The position numbers and the translations under genes are program-made. The notes beneath the pieces were generated by a model. That model ran no database searches and had not been told where the DNA came from. It saw only the letters and a program-made list of their open reading frames with translations. A stretch of DNA of 64,000 nt. It comes from Lama glama (lineage: Eukaryota). Where the stretch lies: NCBI GenBank assembly GCA_028534125.1, contig CM052816.1:77192001-77256000 (forward strand). Reading direction: 5' to 3'. This document shows, piece by piece, positions 25,653 through 39,195 of the stretch. Within the stretch, counting starts at the first letter, position 1, and the number at the start of each line of letters is the position of its first letter.

Positions 25653-26032
25653 AGAAAGACTCCTTGCACATGGAGAGGATGCCAAAAGTCTCAGGAATCA
25701 AAATGAATATTTTAACATAATATTTAAAGTATTTAGGTATTCTAGCCTTGCAACAAAAAACTGTGCATTGCTTATATTTATTTCAATGTCAAAGAAACAG
25801 AATTTCAGAGAAGTCTAGTAATGTACTCAAGCAATTTAGTACACCCAGATTAAAACTACAATCTGGCTTTCTGACTCCTAGTTCAGTGCTTTCTCCATGA
25901 AAGCTTGCCTCATTATGTGAAGATATTGAATCAAATTCTTGATTGAATTCAACTAGAAATGATCAAAAACACACACACACACAATCTTCCACTATGTGGC
26001 TATTGGCTTAGGGCACTCACAGGACTGTGAGC

Positions 26033-26260
26033 AAGGCTGGGACTTGGGTGGGTCCCGTGGGGCACACTTACTTCAACTGCAAAATTTAAAGGGGTGCCAA
26101 AAATTCAGTGATTGTGATGATCAGATTTCAATGCAACATTTTAAAAATAAAAATTAATTTAAAAATTCTTGAACAAAATCTCAAAATTTCAAATAAAAAC
26201 CGAATCAGTATGACCTATTTTTTTATCTCAAGCTCTTATATAATTACTGATCCTGTCTTT
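26033..26260. mobile_element. hAT-Tip100-like MITE fragment
   Basis: 'gcaaaatttaaaggggtgccaaaaattcagt' resembles recalled hAT-Tip100 MITE consensus. Confidence 0.45.
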
Positions 26261-27322
26261 AGAGAACTTATACATATTATTTAAAAATAAATTAATAGCA
26301 CAGATTAAACTACCCAGTTGCCTTCTCAGATATTCAAAGTCTGAATCTTTTTCCTCCTGTCACGTGAATTTTCTCCAGCAGAATATATAGCAGCATCTCT
26401 CTGTGAGCATTCCTCAGCCTGTAAACTTGGATTAGATCAGAATATCTGTGTCCAGACCTGTCTGGATTTTGCAGAAATATTAGCTCTGGCTGAATCTCTA
26501 AAATAACAGAGTAAAGGAGACCAAATGAAACACAAGGAGACATAAGATTAAGGTTTAATGAGCTGTTGGCTGTTCAGCACCTCTAAATAGACGCCTTGAT
26601 AAATTGTAGCACAATAGTGGTGATGAACATTTATTTGACACTCCTAAGCTGCTAATGCTTCTTGTCACTGTCTTTGTGAAGTGGGAACTCAGGTAAGGAT
26701 AGTGAGGCTTTGAAGTCCCCAGTTACCAAGTGGCAGAGCCACAGAGAAGCCCAGGTGAAGTCTTCCTGCTCTGCTTTGTTTCCTTTCAAGAAGGTGGATC
26801 TGTTCTCCCGCAGAAATCAAGGCATCTGAGGACTACAGAGCATCAGGACTGGACTACCCCAGCAGGCCAGTGGCATTGTTGGACTGATGGCCGGGGGGAA
26901 ACCTCACCTTGATGAGTGACAGGAGCAGAAGGAGAGAAAGCGGTGACCTTCAGACCTGGAATGTCTGAAAAATTGGTGTCTCCAGATACCACTAAATTGT
27001 CCCCGCCATGTTGTGAAGTTTATCCAGTCCCAAGGGATAGCCTCACATGCTTTTATGTTCATTACATAATCCTAGAAGTTCTGGCATGAGAAGAATGTCT
27101 TCAGAAGTCATCCTAATACAGATGGGGAAACCGAGGCCCTAGTAAGCAAGGCAATTTCAATAGGAAAACTAGGACTAGAACCCAATTTTCCAACTCCCAG
27201 GTAGGACTCCATACACTATGCTGTACGGCCAATCAGCGTCAGTCCTCAATTATTTGTGTCCAAAAAGTTATGCTTCATCAGTGAGGCTGAGTGTCTCTCC
27301 TTAAAAGATTTCATGTGTAGAC

Positions 27323-27560
27323 CAGGGGTCAAAACCTGGTGTTTTTAAGGGCCAAATCTAATTTGCAGGTGTTAAGTTTTTTTTTTCCCCTTGGTTTGCA
27401 AAGTGTTTGGGAAAAATGTGAAGTAGTTGATAGCATTTAAAAATCGAGAGTTTTTACATACAAATCCAGATTTCTGACTTCTTTTGAAAATTTTCAAGAT
27501 CAGGACACACTGAAACCATTTTCACACATGGCAGCTAATGGCTAGAGTCGGTGGTAGGCT
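27323..27560. mobile_element. MER58/MER102-like hAT-Charlie MITE
   Basis: 'caggggtcaaaac...agggccaaat', 'atccagatttctgacttcttttgaaaa'. Confidence 0.55.
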
Positions 27561-28049
27561 GGAGCCAGCGATGAAGGGCTCAGAAATGCTATGGGCTCCT
27601 TGTTAAACAGCTGATAGCCTGAAAACAGCCACGGTGGGGTTTACACCTCAGACACTGGCCAAACTACAAATTAGGGCTTTTATTTCTCTTTCCCTTCCTA
27701 GTCCTGCCTCCATCCTTTCCTCCTTCCTGCCTTCCTTCCTTTCTTCCCCCCCTTTCCTCCTTCTCTCCCTCCCTCTCTGCTTGGTTACTTGTGGTGCTTT
27801 GTCTTGTTCTGGACTACCAGTTTACTATCACAGCACTGGCTAGGACTAAAGAGCACCTACCCTGTTCAGAGAATCACAGTCCCACTGGGCCATCTTCACA
27901 TATTCATGTCACCCGCCTGGCTAGGGAAGGAGCTGGGATTGGCGTCTCCTGTGGTAGACTCTGGACATAAATTGTTGTCTTCCTAAAACCAGCTTGCACA
28001 TTGTTAAGTAAAGAGTGGGTCATCACAATCTCTTGATTCTAAGCTGTTT

Positions 28050-29200
28050 CGAAACAGTGTTTATTCACGTATAACACAAAATGTGCAAAATCTAAAAGCC
28101 AAGCTCAAGGCATTACCATAAGCTGAGCACCACAGAAAAATACCCAGTTCAAGAAGGAGAATGTTGACAGAATACCCAGAAGCCCCCTCATAACCTCTCC
28201 CAATCACTGCCCTCTTCTGCCTTTGCCAAAGGTAACCCCTCTCCCGACTTCTAATACCATCATTTCCTTCTGTCTCTGAACTTTATATAAATGGAATCAG
28301 GGCATATATTTTTTTCTAGCTAGTTTTTTGATTTGACATTTTCTTTGTGAATTCCATCGTTTTTGGACTGGAATTCACCAGTTCTTTCTATGACTATGCC
28401 ACAATTTATTTATTCATTCTTCTTCTGGGTAGTTTCCAAATTGAGCTATCTTAGCCTGGGTTCCCCCAAAAGGGGACTGTCACCCAAAACAGATGCTTGC
28501 CTGAATACATGTCATTTGGGAATATTTCCCCTGGGAGTAGGTATGCAGGCTAGGGAGAGTGAAACAGGAAAAGAGGGAAGGCCAATATATGGATATTTTG
28601 TAAAATTAATTACTCTCACAGTTAGCTAGTGTTTAATCCTACCAGCATCTTCTAAGGGACCTTCTGAAATGCATTTCAGAACTGTTTACCAGAAGTAGAA
28701 AAATTTATCCAAATTGCCTGTTGGCTCCTGTCTCCCATTGGCCAAGGATCATCCCACCGGCATAAATTCTTCTGTTCTCCTAGATCGTGCACGCATGAGT
28801 TTTCCAAGGGAATCCCAAGTCAGAGGCTGCATTGCAGAAAGTCAGGTGTACTTGGTGCAGGACCTCGGCAAGGCATGAGCGATGCCTGCAGGAAACCAAA
28901 GCCTGCCTGAAATCAGTTGCAACAGCAAAGACAGGGCCGAGCAGATATTGATGTTGTACATAAGAGGTGTGCCTATACTGGCTTTTTTGAGTTGTGTGGC
29001 TGTGAGCATTCTTGTACTTGTGTCTTGGTGCATGTGTGTATATATTTCTGTTAGGTACGTTCGTAAGAATGGAATTGTTGGAACATAAGGTATTTATGCA
29101 TTCAGCCCAGGTTTCTAGGTGTTTATTTTATTTATATTCCCACCAGCAATGTATGAGGGTTAAAGTTGCTTCAACATTTTGTGTTGTCGTATTGCTTTTT
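28050..29200 (-). mobile_element. L1ME-like fragment containing an LTR33-like LTR (~28447-28950)
   Basis: Reverse L1 3' UTR 'tgaactttatataaatggaatca' and 'tcccaccagcaatgtatgaggg'; insert 'tcttagcctgggttcccccaaaa...gggagagtgaaacaggaa'. Confidence 0.55.
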
Positions 29201-30984
29201 TAAAATGTCACTAGAAAAAAACACATATATCGTTTTCCAATGGCTACAGATTGTTGCCAGACTGCGTCCCCTCCGGTGTGTGGTTCCCTAAACACCATGT
29301 TTTGCATCTGGTCATTGCAGTGCTGTGTCCTGGCCTGCAGATGTGCTCGTGTATTCCAGGCTGTTGGGATGAGATCAACAACTGTGCACTTGACCTCAGT
29401 GGCAATCCAAAGTAAACAAAGAGAAAGGAACAAGACATGTAATATCCCCAAAAGCAGTCACCACAATTGATTACATTTCATTTATCAGGAAACCATTCCA
29501 AGTCTTTGACTAATTTGAGACTCCCTGTTGTGATACAGACTGTCTTCCTCGATGGGATAATTCTTGCCAGTAATATCCAGGGACCTGCTTTTCTGTGCTC
29601 AGAGACTACATTGCCTGTAACATGGAATCTTTGATAGAGACACAGGAAGGAAGGAGAGCCCACCCTTCAAGTTCTGGCCCCAAACTATTTTCCCTTAGTT
29701 TCAGTCCAGGTTCAACCTCTACCTGACTAATCCATAATGCAATGAAATAGTTAGTGCTCTCATTCTGAAATGATCCCTTGGCTTCCATTGGCCACAATAA
29801 AATTTTCTTCCTTGTGGTCATCTTGGCCTGAGCTTTGGAGGAACACCTCCTAGGAGACACACCAAGTCCAGGAAGACTAAATATCTCTAGTTTCTAAGCA
29901 TCCCTCCCAAAGACAAGGAAGTAGAGTTGGATGAACTTTAAATAGAAGAAGTTTCTACTCAAAAAGCTTCCAGAAGCTCCTTGTGTTCCTCCTCCTCTGT
30001 GGCCTGCTGCGGCCATGCCACTCCTTGAGCACTACGAGCAGAAATTCTCCAGTACTGCTTCTGCCCTTTGTGTTGGCCCAGCCCACCTGGCAGGTGTCTG
30101 ATGCAGGCAGCTCCTGGGTACACTGCTGGCTCACCCTGCTATGCCATCCATTGATGCTGAGCCCACAGTGTGGTGTCTTGGGGGTGGTCCTCTTCCCTAG
30201 TAAGACACTTCCCCACTCAAGGCAAAGAAGCCTTTCTTTACTATGGGCAAAAGGAGGTCAAACTAACCCTAACTGCTTGTAATAATGAGCATCCAGGAGA
30301 TGTCCTCGGGTATCTCAACACCCTCTCGTATCCTGAGGAAGAAGACCCAAGGTTATAGCAATTTTTCTTTTGCATCTCTTTTCTCTGCCTCAAGGTGAAG
30401 CTGGCTTGCTCGTGAAGACTTCTGCATTTTATCAACTCTAAACATGCTGATTCACTTGTAGGGAGCAGGCAGCAATGACGGAGGTGGGGAGCCAGACTTC
30501 AGAGCTTTATCCTACAACTCCTCTACTGTCATGACAGCCAACATTTCTTGCTGGACTTACTATGTGTACTTACTAAGCACTTTCCATGCATCGCCTTTGA
30601 TTCTGCAACTCTTAGAGGCAATTACTGGAATTAACCAATTTCATGGCTGAGGAAACTGTGCCTTTGGATGCAGACTTAGGAAGTGATTGAGCTGGGATCC
30701 AAACCCAGGTAGCTGGCTTTCAGAGCCCACACCCTCAGTAGCTATGCTGTACCTGGATTTCTTGCCCTAAATGTACCTAAATGTAAACTTTCAATTCCTA
30801 ACCTTAATCTGCTTAACTCTGTCTTAATCTGCTTTCTTTGTGGTCCCAGCTCCCAGGGACTGTCCTGAAAATGACTCCAGGGAATTTGACTGGGGCCCAT
30901 CCCCACCCCTTGCCTTCTCTCCAAGGCTCTTAGAACCTTCTGAGATGGGAGGGCTTGGCTTTTGAGCTGTGCAGTGGTGCAGAG

Positions 30985-31230
30985 CATGGACTACACTGGG
31001 AGACATAGACCCTTCAGCTTCAAGCCCCGCTCCACCATTTAGCAGATGTGAAAACTTAGCAAGTTATTAAACTCTCCCAGGCTTGGTTTCTACATCTGCA
31101 CCAGGAAACGATAGTAATGCCTGCCTAATAGGCCTTTTCATGAGATTGGAGGAGCTGGTAGGTGTAGAACATTTAATACAGTAATGGGGCACTCTGTAAG
31201 GTGCAGTGAATATCAGCTTTTCTTATTCAC
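30985..31230 (+). mobile_element. MIR SINE
   Basis: 'tccaccatttagcagatgtg...gcaagttattaaactctc...ggtttctacatctg'. Confidence 0.65.
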
Positions 31231-31593
31231 AGAATTCCAGTTCAGTATTTAAAATCTCAAAGTTGGAAAGAGTAAATGGATTCCCTGTTGATTCCTGATT
31301 GCTCCAAGTCCTCTTTCCCTTTTCCCCATTTCAGCGCCACCCCTCACCCCAGCCGTTTCACACGGCTTTAGAGCACTGACATTTTTCTATCACCACGTTC
31401 TCTTCAGGGGGGGACATAGCTCTTCTGTCCATTTGGGGATGAGTCTGAGCTTTCCCCTGCAGCCCCTGGTCAAAGCCTGTGTCCCTAGGGGATTCAAAGT
31501 GCCTCCATTTAAATATTCAGCAACTGGGAGGCTCAGTCCTATGAAGAGCTCTGAATCTTTGCTAGGCTCTGGATAACAATGGATTATCATCTT

Positions 31594-31689
31594 AAATCAG
31601 AGGCCTTTGTTTCTCCTTCTAGAGGGCAGAGCTGACTTCTGTTAAAATCAGAGGCCTTTGTTTCTCCTTCTAGAGGGCAGAGCTGACTT
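31594..31689. repeat. Tandem duplication, 45-bp identical unit, 51-bp period, abutting the gap
   Basis: aaatcagaggcctttgtttctccttctagagggcagagctgactt at 31594-31638 and 31645-31689. Confidence 0.95.
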
Positions 31690-31789
31690 NNNNNNNNNNN
31701 NNNNNNNNNNNNNNNNNNNNNNNNNNNNNNNNNNNNNNNNNNNNNNNNNNNNNNNNNNNNNNNNNNNNNNNNNNNNNNNNNNNNNNNNN
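31690..31789. other. Assembly gap (100 N)
   Basis: Run of exactly 100 N, the usual placeholder for a gap of unknown size. Confidence 0.98.
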
Positions 31790-31963
31790 TTTGTTTGTTT
31801 TTGTTTTTGTTTTTTTAGATTCCACATATGAGCGATCTCATATGGTATTTTTCATTCTATTTCTGGCTTACTTCACTTAGAATGACATTCTCTAGGATCA
31901 TCCATGTTGCTGCAAATGGCATTATGTTGTCGGTTTTTATGGCTGAGTAGTATTCCATTGTAT
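31790..31963 (-). mobile_element. Young L1 fragment running into the gap
   Basis: Near-identical to the L1 text at 4370-4450 and 22650-22795. Confidence 0.85.
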
Positions 31964-31984
31964 CTGGTATGTTGTTTACACTTA

Positions 31985-32067
31985 CAGCACATCTTCCTTT
32001 GCACTGACCACATTTCAAGTGTTCAGTTGCTACACATGGCTATTGGCTGCCATATTAGACAGAGCAG
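31985..32067. mobile_element. MER3-like hAT MITE end
   Basis: 'catttcaagtgttcagt...cacatggcta..ggct.ccatatt.gacag'. Confidence 0.6.
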
Positions 32068-34344
32068 ATCTGAGCCACTGGTCCCCAGAGTCCAGCATCC
32101 TTAGACATTTCCTATTACACGTCTCCATCGTAACAGTGGGAGCACATACACACAGTGCCTGGCATGTAGGAGGGTGATGCGTGCATTACTATTTCCTTCT
32201 AGCTTTCGCTTTTATTATATCATCCTCACACTGACTTATCCTTTGCCTCTTATATTTGTTCTCCTTTTTCCAGGTGCCTGGAAGGGAATTGAGAGGCCTA
32301 GATACAATGTTTACAGTAGTGTTAGGCGGCATCCCCAAGGCCAAAATAGCTCATCTGGCTAGAACTAAAATTTGATCTCTGCTCTATAGACTTCACCTGG
32401 AAGAGTTTAACTCCTTTATCTAGAGTGTGACTTTGAATTTGCTTGATCCAGAGTCAATGGCTTACTCTTACTGATGGATGGTATTAATATCCGGAAAATG
32501 CACCGAGCATTTTATTAAAAGAACATCAGTGAGCTACGTGTGACAGTTGACATCTTATCCCAGAAGTGCTGTATCGCTCATGTCAAGAACGCATTTTCTT
32601 GTCAGTACATGTGATTGAGGTTAAATCTCATACTTATACTAATGCAGTGGTTCTTAGTTAGGAAGCATATCAGTTACATATCTGGGGGAGTTTCTCAAAA
32701 TGTTTTTCTGCCCCAAGAGTCTAGCATAAATTAAAATCACAGAAGCAGGGAGATGTATATTTTGACTCTGACACTATCTCCCTTTCCAGTAACCCTGTTA
32801 CCACCTTCCCTATCAGGAACCAACATCCAGGTGGCTTTTCAGATAGAAAGCACCTAAAGAGCCACTCTGAAACAAAAGTTTAGAAAATCAAAATAGTCAA
32901 ACTTCTAGCAAAGACCATACCATCTGCTCCTTGAGTCTCTGTCCTTTCAAAACAGCCTCTCTTTTCAGTTAACACATAAAAGCTCCGACTCGACTCTCTT
33001 CTCAGTAGTCACCATGGCTTTCTCCAACATCTGTCCCTCTCCCCCTGTATTTCAGGTGGGGCATCTGAGAAGCAACCACGAAGTTCATACAGCAAATCAA
33101 AGGATCGAGCCCACATTGAATGGAAGGTTCTTGTATCTTATCAATTTACCCAATACCATTGTCTTTCTCTGTAGAGGTTACTCTTTTATACACATAAATG
33201 AGAATTAGAACATCTTGACCCTGCTCTTTTCAACAGTATAGCTCTGCAGTGACGCATGCTCCCATCCATCTCACTAGAACATCTGCCGTAAATTTGCTTT
33301 TAAAAGACATTCTCTTGCAGTTCTGTCAACGGCCCTTGCATTAAAAATGAGGAAAATATGGAAACATGCATTAAAATATTCGAAAATAAATGGCTTCTTT
33401 ATTACATAAAAGCTCTCATATGTCTCAAAGGTACTGAGAATAGAATAATTTATCGTAAATGAGATTATTATTGCTGGGAAAAGGTCTATTTTAATGCCAG
33501 TTTTCTTGGAGATTAAACCAAACCCTAACAGTCCACTGGGGGTGTTCGTAAATGTATAAGTCAAACACTTGAAAGCTTTAAGTGGAAAATACACGCTGAT
33601 GCAGCACTCTTGGGGAAGACAGAACATACTGTTTGTTCTTATCTTTAGGGGGTCAGCTCCAGTGTCCAAAAAAAAAAAAAAAAAGAAAATGAAGATAATG
33701 ACTTCTCTGAAAGTAAGATGAAGATCTGCTGTGCTTTGGGGTTTGAAACCAGTGTCAGAACCTCAGACTCTCAGCCTCCAGGGTCTCCAACAGCTGGGTG
33801 GTGTCCAGTAACAGGAATACACTCTTCAAAACAAATATTGCCTTGAGAAAATTTTTTCCTGTTGTTCTTTGGGGCACATATTTCGCAAGAAGATAAATGG
33901 GAATTCAAAAAGAAAACTGGAGATCTGGAGTTAAGAAAGAGAGTGAAGTGTGCTTTCTGATATAGCCAGAAAGCATGCTCTGGTTAATGTGCATGAAAGA
34001 TGAATGACCTATTTTCAGAGACTCAGAATGTGATCAAATGTATTTCACATAAAAACTATAGTGAATATGATTTGATCTTTCTTTGTTGAATCAGAATCTT
34101 CATAGAGATTAATTATCATTGTATAGTCACTGAGCAGTTGGTGATTAGAATGTTACTTAAACCAACCTTTACAGGACATGGTTTTAATGGTCCTGGGGGA
34201 GAAAAATCAAGCTTTTACGCTAACCTAGGGTGTTTAATAACTTACGCAAAGTAAGAGAAAAGTGGTGGGCATTCATTTTGCTACCTGTGTAACTTCCATG
34301 GAGGACTGGCATGCTGGCAATTGTATCTCCTGTTCCCCATACTT

Positions 34345-34506
34345 TTTTTAAAAAAAATTTATTTTTAGGGGGGAGGCAATCAGATTGATTGATTGATTTT
34401 ATTTACTTACTTACTGAAGGGACTGGGGATTGAACCCAGGACTTCATACATGCTGAGCACATACTCTACCACTGAGCTTTACTTACTCCCCCCACCCCCC
34501 ACCCCC
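34345..34506 (-). mobile_element. tRNA-Ala-derived SINE (vic-1-like)
   Basis: Reverse head 'ctggggattgaacccagga...ctctaccactgagct'; 13-bp TSD gttcc(c/a)catactt at 34332-34344 and 34507-34519. Confidence 0.88.
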
Positions 34507-35782
34507 GTTCCACATACTTATGAAGGCTTTTGTCATCATCCTGAGTCGGGGCAGTAGATGAAAGGAAACCCCTTAATGGTTCTTCTTTTCTTTCCATTCT
34601 AATTTCTCACCAGTGTCCTTTAACCCATGTCCTTTTGCAACTTCATTTCTAATCAGTGCCCTGCCACCCCTCTGGAAAGATCCAAGGAGCTGAGTACTAA
34701 AATTGTCATGAATGTCTTTTGTTTAGAGGGGCAGAGGGGAAGTCTCGGGCAGCTAGGGTCGTGGGCGGAAGAGAGGAGCTGGCAGGGTGGAAGTTTGGCT
34801 TAAGGACAGGCCCCCCAGGACTGATGCCTTGGCAGTTTATTCAAGTCCTTGGATGGCTGCACCGGGGTTATAACAAAAGCCAACATTTATTAAGCATTTC
34901 ATGTGTGCCAGAATCTGTGCATTATCTCTTTTAATCCTTACACAACCCCGGGAAGTAGGCACTATTATCATTGTTTTAAAGATGAGGGCTCAGGCTCAGC
35001 AAAGTTAGGTCACGTTCCAAGTCCACACATCAACCAAGTGACTGGTCCATGTTGTGTCCCATCTCAGAGCTCGAGCTCAAACCACTCTGGCCCCTTTTTT
35101 TTTATTAGACGTAGCTTTCTTCTTTACCCTTGTCCATTTGTCTCTCTCCTTTTTAAGATAATGAAGATTGCAGAAAATGTGTTCATATTTTCTACTCTTT
35201 ATAAACTCTTAAAAAGCAACATGGCAGCTCCTGGTCCAAATTCTGACCTCTGTGTAACCACCAGCTCAGTATATCATAGTGACACTGGACCACTGGGCCT
35301 CAGTTCGCCCATCTGTAAAATGAGGGAGTTGAACTAAATGGTATCTGAAGATGACTTGGCCTCTGATATTGGGTGACTCCTTATGGTCTAAGAGGAATTG
35401 TGGGGCATGACTCACCTGGACTGTCCCCACCTGGGATCTGAGGGCCAGGAAGACAGCATATATATTGGCAGTGGCTGAATTTCCAAGCCCCAAACACCAA
35501 CAACCATTATCTGAACTATTGGACGACGATAAATTGTAACAGTAACATCAAACCTGCTCCAGAAATTCAAGTATATGGAAAATATGGTGGGTAGACTCAG
35601 GCCTACTCTCTTAGGGAGGGTGAGGCATCAGGAACTTCTTTGTTTTTATCACCACACCTCTTCTTCCACACCCAGACCCTGAACCACTTCCCTGCCCCAA
35701 GCTCCAACAAGCAAAATAAAGCTGACGGCAGTGTTTCTGCCCTGTTATAAAAACATGCCCAGGATTCTGGGCTATAGAGCTG

Positions 35783-35862
35783 ATTTGCATGTTATTCACA
35801 TGTATTTGCATATTGCCTTTTAAGTGGTTCCAAGTCTGGTTTGTAAAATGAAGAGTTTGCAT
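35783..35862. promoter_or_regulatory. Octamer (POU) motif cluster
   Basis: Perfect ATTTGCAT at 35783 and 35804; 1-mismatch GTTTGCAT at 35855. Confidence 0.4.
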
Positions 35863-36963
35863 CAAATCAAGGCAGATAGGGCAACTGTATTTCCATTTGG
35901 AGCAAAGGTGGCTGCCCGTAGGACGGGTAGTTTTAAACCCATCCATGGAAACCCTTCCCACTTAGGAAAAAGAAAACATAATTAGGTAAAGTTGCCGTAG
36001 TGAGAAGCCCGCCTTTCCTTGCCTTTAATAGAAACAGAGCACTTGGAGAGGAAAAGTGCCAAATGGTGTGTGAGTTTTAAAATCTTGTAAGTGTTTAATA
36101 ATTAATGCTTGTTTTCCTTCCATTCTTCCCCACTCCCTCAAGTGTTTTCCCGACTCGAGTACCGATCTTTGATATCCTCCCAGGATTAGGATAGCTTCAG
36201 CTGTTTATATAATCAGAGACTAATTCCAGTTTAAGAAGAAATTTAGGCAAAAAAAATTCATCATGATAAGAAAACCAGAAATGTTGTTTGCCTTGGGGCA
36301 ACACTCCGAGGTTCAGCCTTAGCAGCCTCAGAGGAGCATCTGGTAAAAGCTTCTTGGTGAACTCATAGATTGGGGGTGGCGGCTGTTGACTATTATCGGC
36401 CAAGCTGGAATAAATGAAAGCAAATGGTCAATGACACCCAGCCTCCTCTCTGGAGACGATCTGCTGCACTTGTGAAATAAGATAAGATAAAACCCTAATA
36501 CAAATACTGATCTTGCATTTCTCCTCTTTTGTGCTTGCTTGCTCCACTCTGTTATCTCATTTTTGTAGTCTTGACCCCAGTACAGTTTGAGATTTTCTAG
36601 GTAGGTAGTTGTTGCTTCTTGTGCATGGTGGGTCTTGGACAGAGAATGGATGTAGCTCGATCCCTCCCTCTCCTCCCTGTTCTCTCCCTGCTACCCGTGC
36701 TGATGAGCCTGCCTGCCTGACTCTGAGGCAAAATGAGGCATGACTTCAATGAGCCATTATTCAAAGTGAATTGGAATGACCAGTCACCACAGAGTGAGCT
36801 GGCATCAGCCTTGTATGGCTAATCACTGCCAATCATGAAAGAGCAGACAGGGGATGTGCAGGGCAGGGAAGGTATGCAGCAACATGGCTTTGGAGCACTT
36901 CCTGGTTGAAGGGGGAGGTAGGAAGGGCTGGGCAGTGAGAGCTGCTGCAGTGGTCCTCTGGGT

Positions 36964-37120
36964 CAGCGGCTCTTGACCTCTGTCAGGGTGCAGAAGAGTC
37001 CCCTGGGCTGCTTGTGAAAATGCAGATTCCAGGGCCTCGGCTCCAGAAACTCTGGTTGCATCCCTATGAGGAGGGTCTCAGATCACTCTGATGCAGCGAG
37101 CCCAACATCAGAAACACTTG
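36964..37120. mobile_element. MER5A-like MITE
   Basis: 'cagcggctcttgacc...gcttgtgaaaatgcagattccagggcc...tctgatgcag'. Confidence 0.6.
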
Positions 37121-39195
37121 GAGGGGCAATAGGCTGCTTGCCAAGGAGGAAAAAGAGCAGAGAGTAAGGAAGTAAAGTTAGCAGAAAGCAGTAAAAAAAA
37201 AAGCAACATCCCCACTTAATCTTTATGTGCGTTCTTCCTTCATATATAAGAGGAGAAGTAACAAAATGGTAGTAACAGGTGATATGCAGTGAGTTTTAAG
37301 CACAGAGCACTGTGTTTTGCCTCGTTTAAACTTCACAATAACACGATAAGGAGAGCACATCATTATCTCCATTTTACGTGTGAGGAGACCAAGGCACAGA
37401 CTGAGCATACAGCTCATCTAAAAGGCCCCACTTCTAACAAGTGTTGGAGCTGGGATTTGAACCCGGAAAGTCTGAGTTGGGGGAATTCAGTGGGAAAATG
37501 TGGAGAAAATATCCAGCTCCTGCCTGACACTCAGGGTTTGTTTCCTGCCTTCATAGTGTTGGTGAGAGATCAATCAACTGGCCTGATTGCGTTTATCACC
37601 TGCTGGCTGTACCATAATGGTGGGAGGACTGGGGACTACAGGTGGGGTGAGGAGCACTGGATCTGAAACCCTCTGAGCTGCAGTTTCCTCATCTCTGAAA
37701 TGAGAGCAGCACCCCCACAGGGTGCCACCACCTATGCGATCATGCTTGTGAAGAGTCTTGTGCATTGCAAATATCTGATGCTATGAAGATGTGTGATGGC
37801 TCCAGTCATTACACAGAGCAGCCACAACTATCTTCTTCAGGTGCCACTCTCCTCTCTTCTAGTGGCTTCTGGCTAGTTGACTCTTGGATAGAGTTAAGAT
37901 GTTTGCTAATGTGTTTTCAGATTGTGGCTCAGTCTTCTGTTTCTAATGGGGCCTCGTTCTCTTGCGGGTGGAGAAGGTGAGCGGTTAGGTGAAAGTGTTG
38001 GGGCTGCTCCTTTGGGACAGAAGGAAGATTCATCCCGAGGAAGCCAGGAGGACTGGCAGTATGGAGGGCATCCCACAACATTCCAGAACATTCTATGCAT
38101 TCTAAAAGATGGAGGAGTTCACCCCACAGGCCAGACTTGAGATCTTCAAAGAGACCACCCCCTTCTAACTGACCCTTGCTGTGATTAACACAGTCTAACC
38201 CCAGAGCTGATAGACCTTTGTGGCGTCTATACATTTTGTAATGTCTCTGAGTCAGACGTAATCAGTGTCCTGTGCCTCCTGTTGGAGGCTTTGCTGAGCT
38301 GTGTTTGCATCGAGGTGCTGTTTAAGTGGGGACCTCCTTTTGAGGAGAGTCAACTGGACCCACAGACAGGAATGTGGCAAGAGCCACAGTTTCTAGACTG
38401 AACCATAAAAGCAAACCAGAAAAAAGCTTACTTGAGTTACTGTCTTCCTTTTCTAGGAGTCTCCTCATTATGGTTCTTAGAAAAACCTCAGAGCCACCAA
38501 AGAGAAATAATAATAATTTTGCCCATAATGAGAGTTTGCAAATAAAATCTTGTGGCAAATCAGCACCATCCTCCCACACAGAAAACGTATACACTTCCTC
38601 CTGGAAGAAAGAGGATCATTTTCTACTGGGAAAAGTGGACAGTAGACCTGGGAAAAGTGCAGTTAAAAAACAAAAATTCTTTCTCACTTTCTGGCAAGAA
38701 GTAGAACTCACCTTTTTAAAAATCTGTATCTCATTAGATAAAATCTTCTGTCAGGTCTCCCTTGAAGGGAGACCAGAGTTTGGGGAGGAATGGGCTTGAG
38801 TTCGCTTTCACGGACGCCCATTCCTCCTTTCTATTCTGTTTCCTTTGGTACAATTTGATAAACACTGAGGAACTGTTGTGGGTCAGGGAACTGTGTAGGT
38901 CCTGGGAGACAGAAATGGCAGAAATCAGTTTGCACTTCTGCTCTGCAGGACCCAGACTGGAAACGGGCATCGCTGGGCCAAGGGCGCTCTCTTTTGGGCA
39001 GGGTAAGATCTGGGAAGGCAGAAAGGTCACAAGACCAGGACAGAAGAATGGACTTAGACTCTGGTGGCAAAAGGAGCTGAAGCAGAGGACACGGAGACGA
39101 CCTGGCTCTAAGCTGACTGTCTGGATTCAGCTCCACGTGTGCTGTTGTATCGCTGAGAAAATAGAATTTGAGAGTTTGTAATGTACTTTTGTTCC

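Noticed and set aside
29341..29415. Short frame ending LDLSGNP (LRR-like motif)
   Set aside because: Single motif followed two codons later by a stop; no further LRR units
31594..31689. CRISPR-like direct repeat
   Set aside because: Only two units with a 6-nt linker, eukaryotic context, no cas genes
33014..33208. 64-aa ORF with strong Kozak context (gtcaccATGG)
   Set aside because: No recognisable protein and no promoter or transcript evidence; not supportable as a CDS from sequence alone
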